From Chrysomallon squamiferum (taxonomy: Eukaryota > Animalia > Mollusca), in assembly GCA_012295275.1 (NCBI GenBank), contig CM022666.1:6944001-7008000 (forward strand): a stretch of DNA of 64,000 bases, read 5' to 3'. Position numbers and translations under genes: made by a program. This document shows, one piece after another, positions 42,952-56,159 of the stretch. The number at the start of each line of letters is the position of its first letter. Position 1 is the first letter of the stretch. The notes under the pieces were generated by a model, which saw nothing but the letters and a program-made list of their open reading frames with translations, searched no databases and was not told the DNA's origin.

Positions 42952-43622
42952 TGAGAATAATAATAATAAAATAAAAAATAAAAAAAATATCAAGAATGAC
43001 GTGTGTGTGTGGGTGGTTAGGCTTCAGGATATAATTTAAGTTGATGGATGTCTGCACTTTTAATTCTATACATATTTCTGTTTCTGGACATTTTCGACAA
43101 AAAAAAGGTGTAGAGTTAAAATTGCACAATCAGCAAGTAGCAGTATTCAGATAAAAAACATAGCAGTTTTGCATTAAAACATAACCACCATTAAATAATA
43201 ATAATAATGATAATAATAATAATAAAAATTTTAAAAATATTTTAAAAATATTAATAAAATTGTGAAAAACTGAACATGACAGCAATAGCAGAGTCACAAT
43301 AAAAATTATATTCATTTTCATCACATGGAAAGAAAAATAAAAAAGATTTAAAAAAATAACAATAATAATAAAAAAATGTTTAGAAAAGGAGGAAAAAGGT
43401 CAACTAATAATAATAATAGTAATAAATTGTAATTATGATCAACAATACAACTAATATTACAATTACTTCTATTATTACAACTAACATTCTGCTGCTACTA
43501 CTACTACTACTACTAGTAATAATAATAGTAGTAGTAGAGGATAATAGTGATCACAATGATGATGTCATCAACAATGACAAGAATATTCCTTTTTATAAAA
43601 ATAAAAGAATTGAATGGTTTAG

Positions 43623-43659
<37 letters not shown>

Positions 43660-44070
43660 AAAGAAAATGCTTTTAGTATTTGTTGTCTGCAAACATTCAA
43701 ATATAATATCCGGTGACTTTGAAAAATTTGTATTTTATATCATAATTTCCCCACAGGCTGAATAACATTTGTAAGATTGAAAATAACTAAACATATCCTT
43801 TGGGATGACTTGATCCTGACATCTGTGGCACTTCAGAAATAATCTGTGAGAACTAATCAATTATGTCTATTTTATAGATTACTGAGCAAAAAAAAACTTA
43901 AAAAAAATAAAATAAAATAAAATAAAATTTTACACAAGTATGCTTTGATCCTGTTCCTATCATATCTACAGAAATAAAACAATTTAAAAAAAAAAAATAT
44001 TTTTAATTAATATTAGCAGCAGCAGTAATAGTCATTATAATAATTGTCACAGTAGTAGTAATAGAAGTAC

Positions 44071-44103
<33 letters not shown>

Positions 44104-44446
44104 CAATAATAAAGAGATTACCCATAAAGCTGATTTGATCCTACGGGCAAACCCACAAGGCAAAGTACAATTGATGATTCAGTTCTATCTAATCTTTTAA
44201 AATCATTTTTATTAAGCTGAGCAAATAATGAGTCCATTAAGATAGATCAACAGTAGAAGTCTTATCTCTTCAGGCATTCTGACACACATTCTTCACATTC
44301 TCTTTCTCTCTCTTTCGTTTTTCTTTTTCTCCTTTCTTAAATCTTTACCTGATGTTTTCATGCTGTGGTAATATTTGTATTATTCTTCACTGCCATGCAA
44401 CTTCTGAATATTTTGAATATTTTGACTAGTATATATTTACCTACCT

Positions 44447-44536
<90 letters not shown>

Positions 44537-44583
44537 ATATTTACCTACCTAATTCTCTCTCTCCCTGTGTCTGTCTCTGTGTA

Positions 44584-44620
<37 letters not shown>

Positions 44621-44725
44621 TTACCTACCCAATTTTCTCTCTGAGACAATCATTATCTAACTACCTATCTCTGTATCTACCTACTCTCTCTCTCTCTCTC
44701 CTCTCTCCCTCTGTCTCTCTGTGTC

Positions 44726-44827
<102 letters not shown>

Positions 44828-46699
44828 TCCCTCCCTCCATCTCCCCCTCTCTCCCTCCCTCCCTCCCTCCCTCTCCATGTCTCTATATTTACCTACACAC
44901 TTCCCTCTTCTTTCTCCCCCCCTTTCCATCCCACCCCTATCTATTTTTCCTGACACCGCCTCTTCACTTAAAGACCCAATCACTCCTTCTGCTCTTTACT
45001 GTAACTTCTCAATGCGTGACCTCTCGTTCAGGAAGCAAGACTGGTGGACAGAAGCTGCATGACAGCCCGGCCACACTAACAAAAGATGGTTTGATTTGGC
45101 AATCACCGTCAATCAAAGACTTCCAGATCTTCCCATCTGCAGTACAAGATTCATGCAAACAGCAGATTCCACCATCAAACAGGCACCTCTTTCTGTCAAT
45201 ACACAAACTCTAATTTCATTTGCCCCACTCAGATTGATGCCTCGGTTTTCCCATCGGCAAACACAGGAAACTTTCAACAGGCACATTTTAGACGCAGATC
45301 TTCAATATCACGAGTGTATTTAACCAGCTTCTTTTTGTCTTTGCTCTTACAGACTTCAGAAAGACATCATGAAGGAGAAACCAATTGGATATAGTGGCTA
45401 GTGGGGACAATATTTGAGCACATTATCAGAAATGATGTAAACTCTTCTACAAAATGCTATTATACACCATATGTAAAGACAGTATCAAAGAGTGTCATTA
45501 ACACCAGTAAAACATTTCTTAGGTAAATGGTTTTTAAAAAACTTTATTTATTTTAATTTAAATTTTGTTTTGTTTCCTCTACAATCCAGTGACTTGATTA
45601 AAAAGTATTCAACAACAAATCAATCTCATCTCCTATTATTCTATCCAATCACTGACTCAAAAACAGTTTATGCCATTTACATCTACTAAAAGACAACTAT
45701 TCTGTAACTCTTCAGATAAAAAAAAAAAAAAAAATAAGTAAAATCTTTACAGAATATGAAGAAACATAGTAAAGCAGTAAATATAAAATTCAATATACTG
45801 CAGTTTACTGCAACAGTAAATATAATACATTCATAAATATGTATGCTAATATTCTGCTGTAATAAGTACTATATAAAATAGGCAAATATTATTACAGTAA
45901 TTATATAACTGTATTAGGCATTATACTGCAAAAATAAATATTACAACAAATATTTATGTATTCTGCTTAAGTAAATAAATATAACCTAAATAAGGTAATA
46001 TACTTCAATAATAAATATTACAAATAAGAAATATAATGGCAATATTCTGCTATAATACATTATATGTACAAACACTTAAAATATTGCTACAGTAAATATG
46101 TAACATATTTTAGGCAACAGACTGCTATTTTAAATATACAAAAAATAGGCAATATATTGATGTACTTGTATAAACAGACAAAATACTCCTGCAGTAGTAT
46201 ATATTACAAACTAAGACAAATACAGCCAATATACCATAAAAATAACAATCATAAAGAAACATGTATCAGGTAATATACTGGTGAAGCAAGTTCTACCATA
46301 AACAGGCTTTATACTGCTAGTACAGCTGCACATTACCCTACAACAGTGCAATAATAAATACCATAATCTAGTAAATATGATATTATACCTGTAATAGTAA
46401 AATACTATAATCCAATAAATACAAGATATTGTACTTGTAACAGTAAATACTATAATCTATTTAATGTAATAGTTTACTACACTAAATACCACACAAACTA
46501 ATGAATAATTGTCAATATACTGCTACAGCCAACTCTCTGAACAAGACCCTCTGTTCTGTGTAATTAGTAATGGATTTGTTTGTGAGCCAGATTGGTGAAC
46601 TTAAATAGTGAGGTACATCTTAGGTTATTAGCCTGACAGTGGAAAATGGTATTAAAGGACAAGGAACAGTTGGTCACACAGACAAGAAGGCACCATGAT

Positions 46700-47680
46700 A
46701 ATTTTGCACAGAGAAACATGCAGAAATTGGTTAGGTATGTAATTAAAGGGGGAAGAAAATTTTTTTGCTAAGTTCTGATATAGTCATCTTTGTCGAGCTT
46801 GAATTTTAAAAGTAAATGAAAAACTGTTTGTTTCTTTGAGAGCACAGAACAGTATAATAAAATGTAGTCAAACATCAAAACTCCGGTAAGCATGTAATTA
46901 TGATGGAAGAAACAATTTTTGTTGAGTTCTGGTCTCGTAACGTCTGTTCAGCTGAATTATAAAAGTGGATGAAAAACTTTCTGTACTCAGTCCTGAAGAG
47001 TGACACGAGAACGCAGAACAGCACAATAATTACATGTGCAGTCAGACATGCAGAACTTGGTAGGTATGTAATTAACTTGGAAGAAAAGATTTTCTCAAAG
47101 ATCTGGTTTCGCAACTCTTGTTGAAATACATTTTAAAGGTGAATGAAGCATTTTTGTTTCTTTACCTTCAAAACCCGACGTCAGAGTACAGAATGGCATA
47201 ATAATATGTCAGACATGCAGAACTTGCTAGGTATGTAATTAACAAGGAAGAAAAGATTTTCTTCGACTTTTCATCTTGTAACTTTCATTCAGCTGAAGTT
47301 TAAAGGTGATTGAAAAACTTTCATTATTCACTCTTGAAAAATGCCATGAGAGTAGAGAAGAGCATAATATATATGTATAGTGAAATATGCAAAACTTGAT
47401 AGGTATGTAATTAAGATGCAAGAAAAGATTATTCTCTGATTTCTGGTCAACTAATTTTTGTTGAGTTAAATTTTAATGTGAAAGAAAAACTTTCATCCTT
47501 TAATCTTCAAAAGTATAAAAAAAAAAAAAAAAATACAGAATCAGATAAAGGCAGAAATAATTATGTAACTGAGATGGAAAAAAAAAAGAAGATTTTTGCT
47601 GACTCCACTCCTGAAAAATTGGTTGAGCTAAATTTTAAAATAGAGTTTTAAGTAAAAGAAAAATTTTGAAAAGTGACATT
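46700..47680. repeat. Degenerate ~170-bp tandem repeat, ~6 copies
   Basis: CATGCAGAACTTG.TAGGTATGTAATTAA...GGAAGAAAAGATTTT...GAATTTTAAAG.TGAATGAAAAACTTT at ~46717, 46885, 47047, 47213, 47387 and 47550. Confidence 0.8.
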
Positions 47681-48006
47681 ATGGAATCAAATTAGCACAA
47701 CAGTATGTAAAGAGAGAGAATATCTGATTACCATCTAGGGAGAGAAAAAAAAGAAAAAGTGTTTTTGTTATTTTAACTTCTTTAAGTTAATGAAGGTTTT
47801 AGATGATTCTGGTTTTATTAAAAAGTGGATTAGCAGCATTTTTAGTTTAAAAATAATTCAGAATTCAAGATTTTTTTTTTTTTTCAAAATTCTGCTGGAT
47901 TGTTCAAGAATCTGACAATCTTGTATATAGAAGAACTTTATAATATTAACTTTTTCTCTCTGTTCCTGAAATAAAATAAATTAAAAGATAATAAAAATGC
48001 ACTTAC

Positions 48007-48076
48007 CTTCATGCTTCAGTATGACAAATGAAAAGTAAAATAAAGTTCTTACCTGAAAAATAAGAAAGAAAAGTTT
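48007..48076 (-). other. Recursive-splice-site motif with a 46-nt cryptic exon (minus strand)
   Basis: Minus strand reads CTTTTCTTTCTTATTTTTCAG|GTAAGAAC (AG 48054-48053, GT 48052-48051); 46 nt further on is GAAG|GTAAGT (GT 48006-48005). Confidence 0.5.
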
Positions 48077-48744
48077 TATTATTTAATTGAAGACATTTAA
48101 TAGTTTCATGTTTGCTAAGTTTTAAAATCTGATGCAATTCTATTAATGGCCAACTGCTGATGACAAAAATAATAAAAAATAATAAAAAAATACCTTTCTC
48201 TCTTTATTTCATTTAAGACTTTAAAGAGCATGTTGATGCGTAAGTAATTAAAAATGCATGTGTGTGTGTGTGAGAGCATGCATACATGTGTGCGCACATG
48301 AATGAATGAACAAGTTTATGAGTGTATATGTTAACTATTAGTTTGTGTATATGTAAGTATCATTGTGTGTGTATGTGTGTACATCTGTCTGTCTCTATGT
48401 GTTTGATTTTTCTCTTTTAGTCTTCTGCTTCTTCCTTCTTATTACATTATACCATTTCACTCTTTGTTTAATATCAGTACTGGATGTAAGAATAACATTA
48501 ATAGCAGAAAGAATGAGAAAGAAAATGAGAGGGGGATAGAAACAACTGAGATAAAAATATTAAAAAGAATGAAAAGTAGACCATTAAAATCAACATTTTT
48601 AAAAACAGTTTAAAAATAATTTAAAATCAACATTTCCCTCCACAAAATTACCTCAGAAAATAACAACTAATTCAATTAAAATTTAAAAAAAAAAAAAAAA
48701 ATAAAAATAAATAATAATAATAATAAAAAAAAAAAAAACAAATT

Positions 48745-48775
<31 letters not shown>

Positions 48776-49069
48776 AAAAATAAAAAAAATAAAAAAATTT
48801 AAATTTAAATAAATAAAAAAAAAAAAAAAAAAAAAAAGAACCAAAAAAGTAAAGGAAAAAAAAAATCTGTATTTTATTAAGGTAATGGCTAACAACAGGG
48901 CCCTATTAGCAAGCTCTACAGCAGTTCAGTGACTGTGTTTCAAGTTGAAATTCTCTGTAATGAACATTAACAACTGTGAAGTGAACTATAATGAATTTAT
49001 CATTTACAGCACTTCACACTAAAACTGCTAAAGTTGTTTTCCTGGCCTTAGTTTTTTAACAAAGGAAAT

Positions 49070-49410
49070 TCCAAAGTGTAGCATTTAAATGCAAGCTATT
49101 GGGATTCGACACATTTAGGTTCAATGAGATTTTAAACATGTTTGACGTCAAAGGGATTTGAAACATTTAAGATCAGTGATTAACTCACAGGGATTCAAAA
49201 TGTTTAAGATCAGTGGTCAAGTGACAGAGATTTCAAACATTTAACATCTGGGGTTAAGTCACAGGGATTTGAAACATGTCTGACATCATGGCTCAGTTAC
49301 TATGATTTGAAACTAGTTTAATATTACTGATTAAGTCAACAGAATTGGAAACATGTTTAATATCAGTGATCAATGAAACATGTTAAGTATAAGCAGTCAA
49401 GCAACTGAAG
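49070..49410. repeat. Degenerate ~40-50-bp tandem repeat
   Basis: GGGATTTGAAACAT(GT)TTAAGATCAGTG.TTAAGTCACA core, ~8 copies. Confidence 0.7.
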
Positions 49411-49412
49411 TT

Positions 49413-49530
49413 TAGTTTCAGTGGTTAAGCAGGTGTCTTTGAAACTGGCAGGTTCTGTGTTCATATCCCAACACCAGCCTCTGCATGGAGCCAGCAATAG
49501 AAGAGGTGTTAAAATATCACACTTTCTGCT
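49413..49530 (+). mobile_element. Possible decayed tRNA-derived SINE head
   Basis: A-box-like TAGTTTCAGTGG (49413-49424) and B-box-like GTTCATATCCC (49459-49469) at tRNA-like spacing; both imperfect, and no target-site duplication seen. Confidence 0.3.
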
Positions 49531-49687
49531 ATAATTATCCTCTATTACATAAACCCTGCCAAGTTATGTACTGGTTTGCACACTGACACTGTTCTCTTGT
49601 ACAGTAAGCATGGGTTTACGAAGTACACACTGAAGAAAGATAAGCATGAATTCTATTATTATTATTATATCTGAAACTATTTTATAA

Positions 49688-50759
49688 ACTGCCATTCCCA
49701 TACTGCTAGCAGTTTAAGAGCTTCTGCTCCTGGTGCAGTTTGCTGGGGCGGAGGTATTTTGATCTGAATCTTTTATCTTTTATCTTTTATCTGCCGACTG
49801 CTTCTTACTGCATGACTGAGTCGAAGACTAAAGAGATCAGTTCGAGGATGGAGAGCTTCTTGTGTAACTGAGTTACTGGGGTTCAAGACATGCCGGTGAC
49901 CTGGGTTCAAATTACCAGTTTAAACAAGGATGACCTCAGTTTGACAAGCAGAGATAATCATCTAGGTTTAAACCAAGAGAATGACCTCACCTGAGATTAT
50001 CACAGTGATCCCTCTTTATGTAACAAGAACTACCTCAGTTCAAATGAGAATAGCTTTAGTTCAAATCATGAGAATGACTTTAGTTTTCGAAGAATGCTGT
50101 TGGTTCAAATTGTAAAAATTATCTCAGTTCAAATTATCAGAATGGTTTTAGTTCACATCTCAAGAATGATCTTAGCTTCAAATTATAAGAATCAGATTAG
50201 TTCAAACTATGTGAACCAGCTTAGTCAAAATTGTAAAAACTTACTTCAGTTCGCATCTTGTGAATTCCATCAGTTCAAATTCCTCAACTGAAATCTTAAC
50301 AACGACGGACTTCATTTCAAAATAGAAAGATTTGATTTGTTTTAAATTATCAAAAGAGCAATATTTTAACAAACTTTTCTTGACATGTATAAAACATGTT
50401 TTAGATAGCAAAAGTACCCTGATTCAAATCAGCCATATATTTTTCTTTTATCATCTATTCTTGCTCTGTGTAATTATTTTGTCAAAGAAAGAAATGACCT
50501 GAGTTCAGATCGGCCATTCTTTACCAGTTTTCTCTGTTCTCTGATCCATATTCAACAGATGAAGATGACCTAAGTTCAGACTGGTCATATTTTAACAAGC
50601 CAAAACAGTTCTGTTTCAGCAAAATACTCGGAAAAACTGACTTGTATGAATTACAGACCTGCACCAGCAGTTGTAGAAAGCAATGAGGAAAATTACAAAA
50701 AATAATAACACATTCTTGTTGAGGAATCAATGAATGTATCAATGAAGAGAAAAATGGAT
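49688..50759 (+). pseudogene. Decayed exon of a secreted protein: signal peptide, N/S-rich 9-aa repeats, Cys-rich EMI/CROPT-like domain
   Basis: Manual translation: TAIPILLAV*ELLLLVQFAGA/EVF..., then repeats such as KNYLSSN, ENDFS and KNQISSNY with frameshifts, then KPKQFCFSKILGKTDLYELQTCTSSCRKQ*GKLQKIITHSC*GINECINEEKNG, ending at the donor T|GTATGT (50760). Confidence 0.5.
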
Positions 50760-51341
50760 GTATGTTTTAAGCCATCTCAAAACACATTGCTATAAATGAT
50801 TATATAATCAGGAGGTTTTTTTTTTTGGTTTTTTTTTTAGAAATTATTATCATTATAATCTCCATTATCATCATTGTAACTATTATTATTAAGGGAGAAG
50901 AAAGCCATTATGTTACTTCGTGATATACCAATCCACAGCAAGCAGTCTTTACACCTACAAGTTTTGAGGATCTACTCTTCCTAATTTTCTTTTAATGCCA
51001 TGATATCAAACAAGCAAGTCTGTTAGTGTGCCCACGACAAACATGCTTGACACAAATCTTTTCCAGATTAACATTTTGATATCCTTACAAAAAATAAAAA
51101 AGAAGAAGAAAAAGAGAAAAAAAAGAACCTTGCTGAACTGAGTACAGACAACCAAGAAAGAAAAATCTTTGTTAGCCATCCATAATAAACCATCTTTTAA
51201 CACTTTTTTTTCTCTTTTTTTATTCACTTTGATCATGCTGGGCCAGACAGACAGACAGGCAGACATAAAGACAGATGTATGACTCTCATCTGATGACAGT
51301 AATTCATACAGTATTTTCCCAATCACTGACCATCTTTTCAG

Positions 51342-51685
51342 TTCTGACATTTCTCTTCAATTGATTCCTGTCAAAACTCTCGTAGGGTCTATTAATGCTG
51401 TCGATGGTGTCAGCTACAGCAGCAGCCGTGGGCATCGATGTAGCCGAAGAAGTGAGAGAATCCAGAGGAGCAAATGAAGACAATCTCGATGACTAAGAAG
51501 GAGGAGAAAAAAACACAAGCTGTCTTTAAGCGACATTTTGAACAAATCACTGGACAGGTTTGCAGATGAACAAAGAAGAATTCTCTTGGATGTTTCTGCT
51601 AATAATGTCACTAATGACAGCTGTAACAAACCACTGATGAATGTTCTCTTAGTCTATTCCAATCTTATTTCACAATTTGAAAAAG
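51342..51685 (+). pseudogene. Decayed 344-nt exon leading into a FAS1-like domain
   Basis: Branch point/acceptor CTGACCATCTTTTCAG (51341) and donor AAAG|GTAAAT (51686). One frame of 114 codons has only two TGA stops (51475, 51490): SDISLQLIPVKTLVGSINAVDG...RRRRKKHKLSLSDILNKSLDRFADEQRRILLDVSANNVTNDSCNKPLMNVLLVYSNLISQFEK. Confidence 0.55.
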
Positions 51686-51994
51686 GTAAATAAGTCTGTT
51701 TTTCACTGAATTTGTTAAAATATTTCAATAATTAAAAAAATAAATTTCCTATTCTAACCGATGCATTTCTTGTTCCAACCATGTTGTAAACCTGTTTTTC
51801 CTGTTCCAGCCAGAATATTCCATGATCTAACCTGTTTTTTTCCTGTTCCAACCAGAATTTTCCATGTCCTAACCAGTGTTTTTCCTGTTCTACCCTGTAT
51901 TTTTTACTGTCCTAACACGTGCCCCAAGATTATTTAAAAGGTTTTCATACGTGACATGCATGCCTATGAGGTAAACTGTAATTTCCCATTCCAG

Positions 51995-52300
51995 CCAGAG
52001 CATTTACTTTTCTTGGTAAACACTGCAAACCGTTATTTTTCCAGAGATCTGATGTCTGCTCTCCTGTCTGTAGGAAGGTGATTATAAATATCCCTTGTTG
52101 CTAATGGAAGGATTTAGAAGGTTTAATCTGAAGACAAAAGCTTAAAGAATGCTTTAGAATACAAAACCAATATTGGAAAATTAATCAATGTGTTCTTGTA
52201 ATGTTTCTGAGGAAAATAAACTTCAATATTTCGAAAAATAGCTTATCAACACAGAATGCATAGAATTGAGATTGCTTGAGGCTCGTGTTATAAAAGGAAC
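51995..52300 (+). pseudogene. Decayed exon with FAS1 (fasciclin)-like motifs
   Basis: Acceptor TTTCCCATTCCAG (51994) is phase-compatible with the previous donor, giving FEK-A-RAFTFL. After frameshifts and stops: LMSALLSV...LVANGRI...LKNALEYKTNIGKLINVFL...ARVIK. Confidence 0.4.
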
Positions 52301-52595
52301 ATTTAAATTCAGGAATAATTTCCTTTTTCCCCATCTGTCTGTCTGTTTCTTCATCTTGATAGATGTCTGTCATATTTTTGGGCCTCTACTGAAGTAAGTA
52401 CGTGTGCACTGAGCAGAATTTGACTTTTTCATTTATTTATTTTTTAAGGTGTGTCTGTCTCTTTTTTTGTCTCAAACAAATCATTAATTTTTTTTTTTTT
52501 TTTTTTTTTTCTTTCTACGTTGTTTTTTTTTTCAGAAGAATTTCATCATTCTATATTATTTTCTGTTGTGCTTTATTTTCCTTTTTCTCTCTTTT

Positions 52596-52649
<54 letters not shown>

Positions 52650-53315
52650 CTTCAGGTTTTTTTTAAACATACTCAGTGTACATATACTTTTACAGATTCC
52701 TTTTTTGGAAAAAAACAAAAATCATTTTGCATACATTTCTTTTCTTAAGTTCATCAAATATATGCATCTAACATATCAAACTATACACACACACACACAC
52801 AATTTATTTATCTAGTTTTAATCTAGATTCCTTTAAATATGATGACATTAACATTGGAAATAATAATAAAAATGAAAAATACAAAACAATTGTAATATGA
52901 CACAGCAACAGCATCAAACCATCTATTTATTGCTACTCTACAAATCAATTTTTAGTAATTACACAAATATTAGATAATTTTTTTATATTTTTAAATATAC
53001 ATGTTTCCATGACAACAAAGAAACCTGAGAAAGGTGGAAGAGTAATAATGACAGTAATTGCTAAATATATATATTTTTTAAATTTTATTTTATCACAAAA
53101 ACTTTGTGATAAATGATGATTATGAAAAACAAAAATGGGACAATGAAACTAATTGAGTTTTTTTTTACATAACCTGGAGTAATCTGGTGAATTAGACAGA
53201 TGTACAACTCAGTGCATTTCTAAAAAAAAATATCTGTCAAATTATTATTTCTTTTTTTTTTTTTGTGTGTAAAATTTGAGTGCAGAAGTTAATATACTGT
53301 GTAAACCAGATACTG

Positions 53316-53357
<42 letters not shown>

Positions 53358-54114
53358 TTTTACATCATCTTTTCTCTCTCTTTCTATCTACATATCAGCA
53401 AAAAAAAAAAGAAAAAAATCTTTTACTGGTCTGTTTCAATGTCTTTCTGTAGTCTGTGTATATGGTTCCAGATTTCTGCTTTCAAACCAAATTCTTTTTT
53501 TCATCATAAAAAAAACATACACAAACACGAACTACAAGATACAGACAGACAACAGACAAAGTGAGAGAGTGAAGAGAGATAGACAGACAAAACTCAGAAA
53601 CAGAAGGAACGAAAAACTGAACAGAGACTGAAAAAGCAACAAAAAAAAGAAGAGAAAAAGCCAAGAAGATGGACCGTACAAAAACTAAACAAACCATTAA
53701 AAAAAAAGAAAAAAAGAAAAAAGAAAGCTCTGCTACATAATGGTAACAGCAAGGGGTCTTTTACAAGTACTTTTGTCTACTGACAGGATACAGCACAAAA
53801 CAGCCAGTGAGATACCATTTTTAGAGCAGTGCATAATGAACAGGAAATTATCAAATGTTTTAACCAGGCTGAAATGGTCCTGTCATCAATCACGTTTCAT
53901 TGAATAAGACAAAATTATTCTCAGAGCTTAGTCCTTCTCTCACCAAAAAAAAAAAAAATTAAAAAATTATTAAACATCATAGGCCCTCAGCAACGAAGTG
54001 CGTTCTTAAACAACGATTTCAAAAGAGAGTACGAGAAATATTTTTTTTTAAATACCACTTGTATTATTTTGTGAATTTCAGAATTGTGCCTAATGATAGT
54101 TTCAAGCACAGAAT

Positions 54115-54145
<31 letters not shown>

Positions 54146-54151
54146 TTTATT

Positions 54152-54217
<66 letters not shown>

Positions 54218-56159
54218 TATTTATTTATTTTATTTGAGGATAATTAGAATTTATATACAAGAATTATAATAATAATAATATAATAAAATCAAAATGAGTC
54301 ATTACAAACAAAGAAAACAAGTTTTATAAGAAGAAAAAAAAAGAAAAAAAAAAAAAAAAGAAGAAGAAACCTTTGCAAAGAATAAAATCTATAACAGACA
54401 ATTTTTAAAAAATTTTAAACTTTTTTTTTTTTTTTTAATTAAAGTTTATAACTTCTGATGTTTCATGACTGCTGCTATCTAAAGCTGAAAGATTACAGTG
54501 AAGAAGACAAGAACTCCACAAACATAAATTACAAAATTGCATCCAATTACTCCTGTTTCTCATGAAAAATGAAACACAACTCCAAAACTCTTTATATATC
54601 AGCACACACAACCAAAACAAAGACAAAACAAAAATGATAAAAAAAAAAAAAAAAAAAAATAAAAATAAAAAGTAAATAAATTGATAAAAAAAAATTCAAA
54701 AAAATATTAAAATAAAATAAAATAATAATAGAATTCTACAGAGAAACATAAAATCAGGTAATGATAGTAAAATAGAAAATACACAACATATGCTAACTAA
54801 AACACATGCATGCTTTTCTGCATGTATTCACACACAATAACATAATCATGAACTCGTTATTATACATATATATATATATATGCACGCATGCACGCACGTT
54901 CACACACACACACACACACACTTTCTAATAATTCTTTATTTTTAATCTAAATGTTTTAAAACTCATACGTCAGTGAGACACTCCCAGCTACATTAGTGCT
55001 ACTTACAAAAGGTGCTCAGGGAAAAGAAGGATCTGGTGTATCCCCAAGGGACCGAATCTGCATTAAAGCTACTTTATAGAAAGCATGCCGAAAAAAAAAT
55101 TACCTCTGTTTATCTATCTGTCAGTCTGTCTGACTGTGTGTGCATACATATACACAGGCACACAGACACACACACACACACATACACACACACATGTAGG
55201 TAGGTAGGTAGACAGAAACATGCTAACAGAAAACAAAACAGACAACAGACAGTTATACAGGCATTGAAAGACTTATGGAGATAAATGGGCATAAGGCAGG
55301 GGGAGGGGGGGGGGGAGGAGAGAGAAGAAGAAATACAGACCTAAAGAGAATGACAGAAAAAGACAAAAAGAGAGATAATGGAAGACAGAGGGGAAAAAAA
55401 TTTATGGAAAAAAAAGGTAAGAACAAATGATAAGTGCAGCTGTAATTATTGGCCAAAAATATGACAGACATTTAAGTACATGAAGAAACAGACAGACAGA
55501 CAGACAGAAGACAACATTTCTAAATTTGAAATTTCCTTTTATAGTTGGAAGCCTGAAGCTATAACCAACACACCTTCCAGTCTGTGATTCCAAATAAGAA
55601 TACTAATCAGTTCTATTACACTGAATTAAGGGAATAATAGATTTTAATATTATTTGATAAATAAATAAAGAAAGAAAGAAAGAAAGAAAGAAAGAACGGA
55701 AAAAGAAAGAACTACAATTTAATAAATGCATAACAGAATGGCCAATAATTCCAAATGTTCTCAAGTTTACAGCAGGAAGAGAGTAACTGTGTATGAATTG
55801 TAACAATTCATTTCAAGAATTTTTACATTTGTTATAAAGTGCAGATCCAACGCTCACCAAACAAACATGCACACAAATATACTCCCATAAACAGATAAAT
55901 CACACACATTCACTCTCACACACATACACATATAAATATGTACACATACAGACAGATATAATCACAGATATGCACAATGCTAGATTATAGACATAGAAAA
56001 CAATGTGTGTATTTATGTACATATAGGTAAGTATACAGATCACATTAAATAAATAAAACAAAAGTCAGTACCAGAAACATAATCAATATTCACTTAACAA
56101 ATCCAATCCATTCATAAACAACAATTACTTAAAAGCCAGTTAATGAGTTACTGATAACG

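Noticed and set aside
45009-45323. Cys-containing ORFs in a unique GC-richer island
   Set aside because: No recognisable domain or convincing flanking splice sites; more likely non-coding.
49413-49475. Functional tRNA gene
   Set aside because: A/B boxes are imperfect and no cloverleaf or acceptor stem can be formed; at most a SINE relic.
50684-51492. Selenoprotein or UGA-recoded gene (four in-frame TGAs, including an SC*G motif)
   Set aside because: Neighbouring parts of the same relic carry TAA/TAG stops and frameshifts, and no SECIS was recognised; CpG decay is simpler.
54435-54626. Possible further pseudogene exon
   Set aside because: No motif or splice-site support that I could verify.
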